From: the human T2T-CHM13v2.0 reference genome, Homo sapiens
Direction: 5' to 3' (one strand)
Assembly: GCF_009914755.1 (NCBI RefSeq)
Contig: NC_060926.1
Length of the DNA: 64,000 bases
Shown: positions 43,038 through 55,548 of the stretch, piece by piece
How the letters are laid out: every line of letters begins with the position of its first letter
Numbering within the stretch: the stretch's first letter is position 1
Notes under the pieces: generated by a model
What the model was told of the DNA's origin: nothing
Database searches by the model: none
The model's input: the letters and a program-made list of their open reading frames with translations, nothing else
Program-made: the position numbers and the translations under genes

Positions 43038-46000
43038 TCCCTTTAGGAAATTATTTTAGTAATAGGACACATGTCTCAACGTGGATGTTGTACTCATTTT
43101 GTTTTGTGATATGGTCCAGTGCATTCTTGGACATCTGGCATCCATGGTCCTTGCCTGCTGGATGAATGACCCCTTAGTGATTGAGACCACTTAATATACC
43201 TCCCTACATTTCATACACCCCCTAATGGGATATTATCACTCCAACTGAAAAGGAAGGTAATACCTTCTTTTCCTTTGAGTTCCAAATTGTAGACTGAACA
43301 CCTTGTTCAAGGTTGAGAATCTTATTTCAGTTCTTAGAAGAGATTTCTAGGAATGCCAGAAATACTTTACTCTTATTCTGTGGTTGTCAGGTCCATTACT
43401 TTCAGATCAAGATCTCATCTCTTGGAATACTGTGTACCGCAGAAACAGTATCGCATTGCTCAGTCTGGCACACTTTAGGTTTGGCTCTCCCACTCCCTGG
43501 CCCCTTCCCTGATGTGATGCCCTTTGAATGGGCTCCTCAGAGGCATGTGCTTTGGTGCCACAATAAGGTAACCAGGACTGTTTATTAAGCTTATGCATTT
43601 TTTCAAGTGCAGGCAGCCCCCCACTAATAAGTTGCATTCCAAATTGTATGTGTAGGTTGGTTATTTGGACTCTGGAACGTGTTTTGCCATGGAAACCATT
43701 TAGTACATAGTTGGGTTACCAAGGAAACTGGATGTACTGAAGGAGTCCATCAAGCCATAGTGCCTGCTACATGCAGAACCACATTTTGGGGGACAGAACC
43801 CAATCCTTTTTCTTTCTTTTTTTGTAGCTGTCAGTTGGGCAGCTCGCCTTGTTGGAGGATGGGCCAGGAGCTAGCAGTGATCTAGCTGCAGCAGATTGGA
43901 CCTGCTCAGTTCACCCAGTACAAGTCCATATACCAGGAGGGCCCAAAAGTCAAGTCAGATCTCTCTGTAACAGACATGCAGGGCAAACAAGAGCTGTACT
44001 GTCACTCACTTCTGGATCGTTACCTGGAACAGCACTAAGCAACTTTTCCTCCTTGCTTATGAAACCCAGTCCACATCCCAGAGCCAGGAGAGCTGGAGCC
44101 AGAGTGAGCACAGTGCACACAAAGTGCTTGCCTTTGTTCCTCGTGTTCTCAAATATCCTTGCAATAAATGATCATCTCTCCAAGTAGTCTGTGTGGACCC
44201 AGTATCACGCAGGAAAAGCCGACCAGCTCAAACTGGGTGTGGGGCTTGTCCACAAAAGCTTATGGCCCCATGATCTAGGTTCCTTATTAATAGCAATGCA
44301 TTTTCCTGTTATAGAATATGTCACTCATCACAGTAAAGAGAGAATGCTAAGCCCATTGTACTATTCCAAAGACAAGGAATGGAAATGGTAACAGCATTAT
44401 TACTGTAGTGTTTTTATTGTATTTTAAAAAAATTAAGCCGAGTATAACTTAAATGTTTCTTGTGCCTGTTTATAACCAGTGCTGCCCTGTTCCCTTGGTA
44501 TAATGGATGGTAGTCTACACACTGAGTACTGGGTACGAAGACTCAGCTCCTTGGTGTTACTTCCTTGGAACCTTCACCTGGTGTCCTAATCAGAGTGATG
44601 GCCTTCATTCCCCCGTCTTGTTGTCACCCTTTGGGGCTTCCTTAGTTTAGTCCTTTGTTTCCTATCTTTGTATATTTGCACAATCACAGTAGTTTAACTT
44701 TACATTTATATTGTGCTTTCTACTTTACAAGGCACATTCTCTTTGCAAGCTAGATAGGGCCGGCATTGTCATCTCTGTTTTCCAGAGTTAAAATGAATAC
44801 TCAGGCATTTTAAAGGACTTGCCAAACTTTCACATCCACTGGCAGCAGATCTGGAGGTAGAACACAGGGTTTCCAGGGCCCGGTTTTCCTGCGCTCTTTC
44901 CACCGTATCACTCCACACGCCTGTACAGTTGCCACTTCCTTTAGCTCTGCTTATTTCTTGATGGGTGGTTGTTAGCTGTCTTGGGATTTTACTCAGTGCT
45001 GAACATCTCTAGTAGGGTAGTAGCCTTCCTTCTCTGGCTGCTTTAGTCAGTGTCCCTGGCACTTTGGCCCTAGCATGTACCTCTCGCTTCAGCAAATTGG
45101 CATCTTGGGACAAGCTCCTGCCATAGTGTATTTATTAGTGAATTGGTACCTTTGCATATTTTATACATTGAATTAATGCCTCCAGGTATTCATCTTGATG
45201 GTTAAAATCATATTTTGTTTTACATAGTATCTTTTCATCAGAAGTATATATTATCTTCCATTATATAGGGGAGACTAACTGGTTAAATTACTTGTCTTGA
45301 ATCTTAACCATAACAGCAGAAGAGAGAAGGAAACTAATTTCTATGAGGAGCTCATGCAAACCAGACACTGTACTAGGTGCTTTGCATATAGAATCTCATT
45401 TCATCCTTGCAAAAACCTTGTGGAGTAGGCGATGTTTTACATTTTACAAGTGAAGACACTCTAGTTCAGACAAGCTAAGTCTGTCTGTAGTTCAGACAAG
45501 CTACCCTGCAAGTGAAAAGTAGAGGGAATATTACAATCTAGCCTTCTCTGATTCCAAGTCTCATGTTCTATCTGCTGTCCCACATGGCTTCCTCTTGCCC
45601 TTTGCAGGGTATCTTACAGTAATAAAGAAAAGAATGCCTTGGATACATGGCAATACAGAGGGGAGGGGGAAAAAGCTGGAGTACTGCCATCTCCTTTTCC
45701 TGACAACAGCCAGAAAAGAGAGAACTCACTCCCTTGTCTTTCCTCTAAAGATCATGGAACTGTTGACACATGTTCTGATAGAAGTTTGAACTTGTAACTA
45801 AGTGGAACTAAGGTAAACTAAATGGGGCAATCTGTAAGTATTTTAGTGGCTCTTGAAGGAGGACCAGTTCGTAGACATCACCCTCTCCTGAGCAGTTAGA
45901 AAGCTGCTTGGAAAGAGCTGTGCTTCTCTCTTGGAAAGACCGTGAGACTGGGGAAGAGCGCCAGCCAGTGAAGTCAGGACTTCTGTGTTCTGGCGCTGGT

Positions 46001-46437
46001 TTCTACCTCTCACTCTAGCCAGGTGACCCGAGGCTGGTAAGTCACTTCACTTCTCTGGATTCCTCCACTTGTAAAACATGAGAAGTGAACTGGATGGTCC
46101 TCCCAGCAACTGCAGTTTCATTCTTTATCTTTAAAGAAATGTATTTTTTAAAAAAAACAATGTGAGAATGATGAAAAGCTTCTCGCTACTCAATGTCCTT
46201 GCCAATGATAGTTTGATAGGGAACCTAAAGTTAATAGCTCCCACAGCTCTGACTCTTTAAGGAAATTAAGAGGCCAGAAGGCAGCGTTCTAATCAGATTT
46301 GTGGGTAAGATGGTTATCGATAGTAGTTAATGATGGATGAAGTGCACTGAGGCTCTTAAAAGATACTTAGGATTTTTGACTTTACTCTGTAGGTTCTAAA
46401 GTAAACATATATGAGGTTTTTAATTTCTCAGATACTA

Positions 46438-46871
<434 letters not shown>

Positions 46872-48889
46872 CATCCCTTCCCTCTCTACAGTGAAGTTTT
46901 TCTACAGTAATTCTTCAATAGTGAGTTAAAACTAATTACTAATACTTACAAGCATGAGAATAACAATAAATTAGAGCAAGATAGTTGGAAATGCTTTGAT
47001 AACATTTGGTCCCTTTCTTAAAATTAAAACTTTTAGCATTTGCTACCTATCTACCTCTGGATTTCCCTAAATAGAAAATTCAATTCAAATCTTTTCTTGG
47101 AGAGAAGAGTTTCCAGGTCTTTCTTGAGATATCCAACCCCTTTTGGTAGTCTTCACACACAGATTTTCCCCCACTGTTCGTGGGCACTGACACCTCACCA
47201 GAGAGTGGGCAGGTTTGCATGGGGTGACAACTGGATTATTTACATGGCACTGTGAATAAGTGATAAGCCTAGTTCTGCAGGGGGCTGTTTTTATTTCAAA
47301 GGATGATTTAAATCTACCATGTTAGAATATGTAAGAATAAACTCAGGTGGAGATGCTTTCCTGAGGCCTTTAAGCTATAACATTCTGTCTATAGCACCCC
47401 TTTTCTATCCCCCAAAGAGCCACATCTGAAATTTAGCAATCCATTTCTTCAAGATTTCAAACTTGCCTTAAACAATTGAGAATGAAGAGCCATGTGCCTC
47501 TAAGAGCTTTGACCACAGCCCCTCTGCCCTGGGCCTCCCAGAATTTCCACACCAGATCAACAGGGCTGTGGAGTTTTCAGGGCCACTGCTATCCTCTGGC
47601 AGCTTCTCAGCTCTTGCTGGTGGCCTCAGTACCAGCTTTGATTTCTCTCTAGGTCAACCCTTTCCCAGGGAAGAGTTCCCTCAACTTCAAGGGATCTTTC
47701 TCCTCCTCCAAGTCTAACCTCCGCCTTTTTTGGGTTTGGCGCAGGGAGGGGAAATTGCAGGAGCTGATAACGGGAAGGAGGAGCTGGGAGTCTTCCTCGG
47801 TTTTACTGTGAAGGTGTCTTGGGTAAGTGGCTGGGGAGACAGGAATGGGCACAGGGGATGAACTGGAGAGAGCTCAGGATGAATGACACTGCTCACCCAT
47901 TCTGAAATCATGCTACTCCACCAACAGAAATACTGGTATTTTGGTTATAAAAATAGTACAATACCTGAATACCAAAGCCAATGTTGTAGTCACTGGGAAA
48001 TTTCTCCTGCTGAGTTAAGGAAGGGAAGACTTCACAGAAGAGGTGTGATTTGAGCTGAGTCTTAAAGGATGGTCATCGGCTACTAGGCATTGAGCCCTAA
48101 GTACAGATCCAGTTCATTTCGCTGGTGATTATACCAGGAGTTTTATAGGAAGTTTATATGCTTTTTCTTGCCAGTGGTTCAGTCTTTAATTTAGTTGGGG
48201 GCTGGGGTTGGGTAGATAGTTCTTCTGTTGTTCTGCAAAGCCATCCTCTTCATTTAGCTATATCTCTTGTATCCCTATTTGTCTTTGTAATAAAACCCTG
48301 TGGTAATCACTTGAGCAGTTTTATGTGTTATTCTTAGTGAGTAACACTTTGATACATTAACACCTCATAGCATTTCACTTGGAGTGTTTTTTTTCTCCCC
48401 CATGACTTTAGCATTTAAGAATGCAAAGACGTATTAGGATTTCAGATCCTGTTCCTTGGATGTTCCTCCTTACAGAAGCTTATTCATAAATGGCTTATTT
48501 TTGCTTATGTATTTTACTTAATAGGCCTTAAATTGGTCCACTGTTTGCCACATCTGTTTTCTAAGCTGCTAGTTGGTGTATTTGAAAATACAAAATGTAT
48601 AACAACCACGTTTGCTATCTAAAGTCTTTTCTTCTGCCTTACTTTGTTCATATACATATAGATTTCTTGACATTGCATTTTTGAAACATTTTCTCAATTC
48701 AACTTGTCTTTGGTCAAAACTTTGGAACTAGTAGTCCAAATCTTAGCCTCTTAAGTTGCTGCTTTATAGAAACTGTGGTAAAAATTAATACATTACACTT
48801 GGTATTGCTGTCTTTGAGACCTCTAAATTTTTGTTGAATGTGTTGAATCAGAATTTTGCTATTTTATTAGCAGGCTTCCTGGAACCCCA

Positions 48890-49065
48890 AAGCAGTGCTT
48901 CTCAAGAATGTTGTCAGTGGACCACCTGCATCAGCCTTGGGAACTTGTTAACAGTGTAGACTCCTTGAACCCATGCCAGACCTACCAAATCAGAATTTTA
49001 GGGGCTCAGAAATCTGCATTTTCACCAGCTTCATAGGTAGTTGAACACACACTAAACTTTAGGAA
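48890..49065. mobile_element. MER5-like hAT DNA transposon remnant
   Basis: cagtgcttctcaa...cacctgcatcag...aatctgcattttcaccag. Confidence 0.6.
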
Positions 49066-52000
49066 TATCTGTCTTGAAGTTGGTTAAGTACTGATTTATT
49101 TAGGAGTTACTACCTAATTTTCTCCGGGACATGCACGATTGAGTTTTTGGTTTTTCTGTGGTCTATCTTGATTTGAATTCTGTAAAGAATACCCTTAGGG
49201 GAAAGAGTAGGGTCATATTTTTCTTAGTATTCAGCAGAGTTGCACAGAAAGTTGGACTCCAGCAATATTATCAAAGCCCAAGTCACTGTGCCTGCTTCTG
49301 CCTATTGTGTGTGGCTCTTTGGAGTTACACAAGGACAATAGACTGACATGTGATGCTTGGAAATCACCTTCCTGGGTCGTAGATCACTACTGAGTACATT
49401 AGACATTAGCATATAGCTCACCTAAGCTCTGGAGCCTTATAATAATAGTAATTAACATAATGATACTTTGTACTTCTCAAGTGTCTTAAAACTGAAGGCC
49501 TTAAAGTGCCATATTAAACAAAATAGGCAACACCTTGGCAAGAGAGGTCAGTTTTAAGTTCCTCATTTTATGAATTCAAAACCTGAAGCTGAATATGGAA
49601 GTTTAGCTTAGAGACTTCTTTTGGATAATGACACATTCAACTTGGAGAAACACGAATATTTCAAAGGAAACATTTCTGATTTTAGGGGAACAGGGGAGTG
49701 GTGGTGGTAAGGTGGTTGCTATTTTGGCATTGCAGGGTATATCCTGAGTGAAAACAGCCACATTTGGTTACTTTAATTAATGCCTTTAATAAGTAGAGGT
49801 GTTAGGCTGGAAAGCATTATTTTTCTTACATTTCTGTGTATGAAATCTTATATTCCTTCTGGTGCCTTCATTTGCCTTTCCTTTCCTTGCCCTTCTTTAT
49901 GTATTTTTTTAAATCATTCATAGACTCAGAGAATGTTCAAAACAGCAGCAACAACAGCAAACTTCTAGCTAGAAGAGTCGTTAAAAATCATATAATCAGG
50001 TCCTTTTGTTTCACAGGACAAGATACTTGAGAATAGAAAAGGTTAAATAAAAGATTTCTTCAAAATGGCTCAGAAAATGTGGCTATGGGAGATATGTCAA
50101 CAGTGTAACTATTAACAGAGTTTGTATATTTGTGTTCTTTTTGTCTTTTCTTAAGTAAACAAGTATATGAATACACTTTATAGTTGAGAATCAGTCTTTC
50201 ACAGACCCTGTTTTGTATCTCCGTGCTATTCCTACCTTTTAAATTTTATTCCATTTGCTTTATCTGTATTCTTCCTGTATCTCTCTTCTCTCTCTTTTGC
50301 TTCTGTAAACTAATACCTTTGCAACCTAAGTAACTTAACATTACAGAAAAATAAAATTGAAGTTTTAAAAAATCTTGAAGGTCGGCACCTCAGAAAAGGC
50401 AGGCTAAATTAAAAGATAAAGAAAAAAGTACTTGGAGACTTCTGGAATATTTGAGTTCTTTTTAAAAACTACCTCAACAGCTGTAGAAGTAGATAGTTCT
50501 TTATTATCACAATCTTTACCCTCCGTTTGCTCAGCTGCAAGTATATGTTTAACTAGCACAACTCAAATGGATGATTTATGGTGGCTTTTGCCTTACAAAT
50601 AAAATGAAGAACAGTTAGTTCTTAAGGTACCAGGTTAAGAATTTGGAGAGAAAAGGATAGGGAATTTATTCATTTATTCATAAATAATTGATCGATAGAG
50701 AGGGGTCATCTCCTTATGGAGTACACCGTATTTTAATGCAAGCAGATGAGAATCCTGATGACTTATACAATACTGTTCTTCATCTTCATACTAAGGTGAC
50801 TGAGCTAAAAGTGCTGAGGTAATAAATGTAAAAGTGCTTAGGAAAAATGGAAAAGCCTTGTGTTAATGATTTCTTATTCAAAACAGCTCAGTTCTATAAC
50901 TATTTATTGGGAATCTAAAAACAAATATTTGTGTGCTGAGGGCCAGGTGCTGGAGATAATGAGCTATAAAGAGAAAAGGAGAGACAGTGAGAAAAAACAG
51001 CATTTTCTTTCCTTCTGGGAAGAAAAGTAGAAGGATGGAAACCCTGTACCACACAGTTCCCCATACCAACCACCAGATGGGGCTATCAGCCACAGGCAGC
51101 TCAGTTGCTGGTCCAGAGGGCTTCCTTTTGGATTCTAGGAGGTGGAAATTAGTAGGAAGTGTGAAATTAGTTGTTGCATACACGGATAATTCATAACATG
51201 AGGTACCTACATTTTAGGAAAAATATTTACCTCTATTCACTAGATCACCTCCTCTGTGTGAGAAGAAAAGTAGAGTAATTTGATTAGATTTGTTAATAAA
51301 ATTATGGTAGTTATTAGTAATGCTTCTTTTTCCAATACTTGCAAATTTATTTTTGGGGTAAGAACAGGTATATTTTTCCGATTTTGTTTGCCCAGAGTTA
51401 AGAGAGTTAGTGTGGGAAGGTTATTTTGTTTTTCTGTGCTTGTAATTTTGTCTTCCTAGTTAATTTCTACTCCTCCCACAAGATTTGTCGCAAATGTCAC
51501 CTCCTCTCTGAAGCATTTCTTAGCACCCTTCTACCAGACAGTTATGAATGCCCCTTTTTGTATTTCTACATGGCTGTCTGTGCTCAATAATAATTGTTAT
51601 GATATGAATTTAAATTAATTGTCTGCCTTTCTCTGCTACTAATTGGGAGATTCTTGAGACCATGTATTATTTATATATTATTTATATTTCTATACCCACT
51701 GCTGACTACAAAGCTTGGCAGGTATTAGTCACAGAATAAGCAAGTTATAAATATTTGTAAATTACAGTTTTTCATAGTCTATTTAAAGAATACTAAGTTA
51801 TTAATAGTTCCTGAGCAGTTGTCCCCAGCATTATAAATAAGCTATCAGGAGTTATCCTACAAAATAATTAATTTTAGAAGACTTTTAGAAAGGAATATTT
51901 ACCTTAAGAGAGAAAGGATTATAGAATTAATTGCAAAGAGCATAAAAGGCTTATCTTATTTTACAGTAGGGTCTACTCTCAATGAAGCAGACATATGGAA

Positions 52001-52804
52001 TTTTAAGGCTTATTTGGAATTCTGATTTTGTGACTTATTTACATTTTTAATTGGTTGAATTGAAAAAAAATTGCCTTTTTCCTTAAATGAATATACGTAG
52101 TCTAGGGACATCTTTGAGGAGAAGGCCAAGTTTGATTCTGTATTACAAATTTTTAAATGGAACTTAATGGGAAAATATGATTCACCATTCAATTTAATTG
52201 ATAGAAATCTCTTTCACAGCCAACTTTTCTTTAAAGTGAATTACATATTTCTCTTTAGAAAACAAATGTATTGGTCTATAATTTTTAGACTTCTGTGAGA
52301 ATGAAAATAGGATGCTCTTTTATTTACAGAAAACTGTAAGACTTTTTTCCTTATGAAAATAATTTCCCAGTTATTTACCTGTGTGTGGAAAATTTCTGTG
52401 TCTCTAATCTTGACTGGGAAAGCTTTTCCTGGGCAATTTAGAAAACTAAAGAAAAGTATCATTATCTTCAACAAACATTTATCAAGTGCCTACTATATGA
52501 AGGTCAGATTACCAGTCCTGGAAAAACCTCAGTTATCCAAAGGTGAGACTCCTAGCAACACCCTGGAAAAGGACCTTGATCCCTAAACTTAAAGAAAGGA
52601 AGTCTGAAGAGCCAAACACCCCATTTTTAAAATGCAGTCAGCCATTTTGTTTTATACTGCCTTGGCAAACTTAGTTAGCTTATTTTTACACTCCTAGCAT
52701 ATATGAGACAACAGATTCAAGGTAGACAGGCTGCTATGGATAAACAAGCTTTGATAGCAGCAAAAATAGACAGCTACAACAAAGTCAAATACAAAATACA
52801 TTAA

Positions 52805-53176
<372 letters not shown>

Positions 53177-54409
53177 AACAAATTATTTAAGGACCTGATC
53201 TGTGGGGTCAGGCAGGCCTGGGTTCTAATCTCTGATATCCCACCTACTAATGATATAATCATGAGTAGTTATCCAAGCATGCAAGCTGAGCTTTTCTTCT
53301 ATGTGTCAGAAATAACATGAAAACTATTTAAAAAACTGGAATGATATTGATCACAAATATAATAAAAAGTTAACAGCATTTCTATTTAAATTGATCAGAA
53401 GGCTTAAAATCTCAATAGGTAAAAGAGCAATGTTGTTCAGTTTACAGAAGAAGAAATGAAACAACTAATGAACATAGAACAATGTTCACCCTCACCTAAT
53501 AATAAAAAAACTCAAAAATAAAAACAACAAAATGTTTATATCAGGTTTAAATCAGCAAGATAGTAAAACTGTACCAATAAACTCTAAATGAAGAGGGCTA
53601 CATAGGGAGAAAAGACAGATCCAAAGGGAAAACAAAAATGACCACTTGAATAACTACATCAACACAAGAAAGTTAAAAAGTACTGAAATACACACTGTTG
53701 TAGTAATAAGGTAGCTCCTCAGTTTATGCCTCATGGCGGCCCTAAAACTACCAGCAGCAAAAGTGGTTTCAGAGTGGGACTATCTGCCACCATGCTAAAT
53801 CTCAGTACCAGTATGAGCTCCTTGGAATGTTCATCTGTTAGGATTGGCAATATCCATGCTTGAATTTGTATTCTCCATTTCTTGGACCATTCTGCTGTTT
53901 GTCTCTTTCATTGTTTGGAAGTCAAATTCCTTCTTTCAGCATTATAATAAGGCTATGTAATATAGCTTGAGACTTCTACTACACTTGTTAATCTTACTTA
54001 TCTAATGCAGCTTTTGCCTGCATTATTGTTAATTATTGCGTGATTTACACTTTGAATTTTTACACAGGAATTGTGGGAGGTTTTCTAAATTGAAAAGAGA
54101 TTTTAAGTTGGCAGAGTAGGAAATTTTTGTTCATTCTCATTAATGCCTTTGCCCTTTCTTTCTCTGTCTGAAATTATCGCCAGTGGTTTAAGCTGTCTGG
54201 CGGCCTTGATTCTGCTTTAATGCATGTCTGGAAATTTTACTGGTATGAAAAGCATTTTTTGGAACTTTAACATCATCAACAAGTTCTCTTTTCACTTAAA
54301 TGGCTAAAGGATAAAACATTTTATCTCAAATTCCTGCATTCTGAGGGAATTCACTTATTTCAATTTCAGGAGTTTCTGTTTGTTTCTAAAGAACTAGTGT
54401 AATATGTCA

Positions 54410-54830
54410 TTATTCATTCATTCAACCAACAACATTTATTTGAGTGCCTATGACATGTCAGACAGTCTACTGACACTTTTTAAGTCAGGATGGGAGGTTA
54501 TGGAATAAGATTGAAGATGTCCGACACTCAAGAAGAGTAGAGTCTACTGGCAGAGTCAGGCACAGAAGTAACTAACTTGGACAGCATGATGAATTTTGTA
54601 ATAGAGGTGTGCACGTAGAACCATAGCAGCCCAGTGGAAAGAGCTGTGAGCTCTGTCTGCTATGGAGTCCAAGAAGGACTCAAAGAAAAGGTGACATCTG
54701 AATAAGACATTGAAGAAAGAATACAAGTTTTCCAGGAGGTAAAGGAGAGAATGGTCATTCCAGACAGAAGGGACATGTGAACTAGGCATGAATGCAAGAG
54801 GGTGCCTGGCATTTTTAGGGCACTGTGAGT
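54410..54830 (-). mobile_element. L2 3' fragment
   Basis: tcattcattcaaccaacaacatttatttgagtgccta terminus. Confidence 0.6.
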
Positions 54831-54865
54831 AGACCAATATGGATGTTTCTAAAATCGCCAGAATT

Positions 54866-55161
54866 GGCCGGATGCAGTGGCTCACACCTGCAATGCCAGC
54901 ACTTTGGGAGGCCAAGGTGGGTGGATCAGCTGAGGTCAGGAGTTCGAGACCAGCCTGGCCAACATGGCAAAACCCCATCTCTACTAAAAATACAAAAATT
55001 AGCTGGGCGTGGTGGCAAGCACCTGTAATCCCAGCGACTCAGGAGGCTAAGGCAGGAGAATTGCTTGAATCAGGAGGCAGAGGTTGTGAGTCGAGATTGC
55101 ACCACTATACTCCAGCCTGGGCGACAGAGCAAAACTCCATCCCCGCCGGGAAAAAAAAAAA
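54866..55161 (+). mobile_element. AluSx-like
   Basis: TSD aaaat(c/t)gccagaatt at 54851-54865 and 55162-55176. Confidence 0.93.
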
Positions 55162-55243
55162 AAAATTGCCAGAATTTAGTTAGGTAAAAGGTAATAATCT
55201 GGAAGGGTTTTACATCCTGAAAGAAACCCAGAAAATGATTGGG

Positions 55244-55548
55244 TTTTTGTTTGTTTGTTTGTTTGAAGAGAAAGAGTCTAATTCTGTCATCCAGGCTAGA
55301 GTGCAATGGGCCAATCATAGCTCACTGTAACCACAAACTCCTGGGCTCAAGTGATCCTCCTCCATGAGCCTTCCAAGTAGCTGGGACTACAGGTATGCAC
55401 CACCATGCCCAGCTAAGTATTTTTATTTTTGTAGAGTTGGGGCCTCACTAAGTTGCTCAGGCCAGTCTTGAACTCCTGGCCTCAGGGGATCCTCCCACCT
55501 CAGTCTGCCAAAAACCTGGGATTCCAGGACTAGCCACTGCGCCTGGCC
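55244..55548 (-). mobile_element. AluJ
   Basis: atcatagctcactgtaacc...ctcctgggctcaag; TSD atgattgg at 55235-55242 and 55549-55556. Confidence 0.9.
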
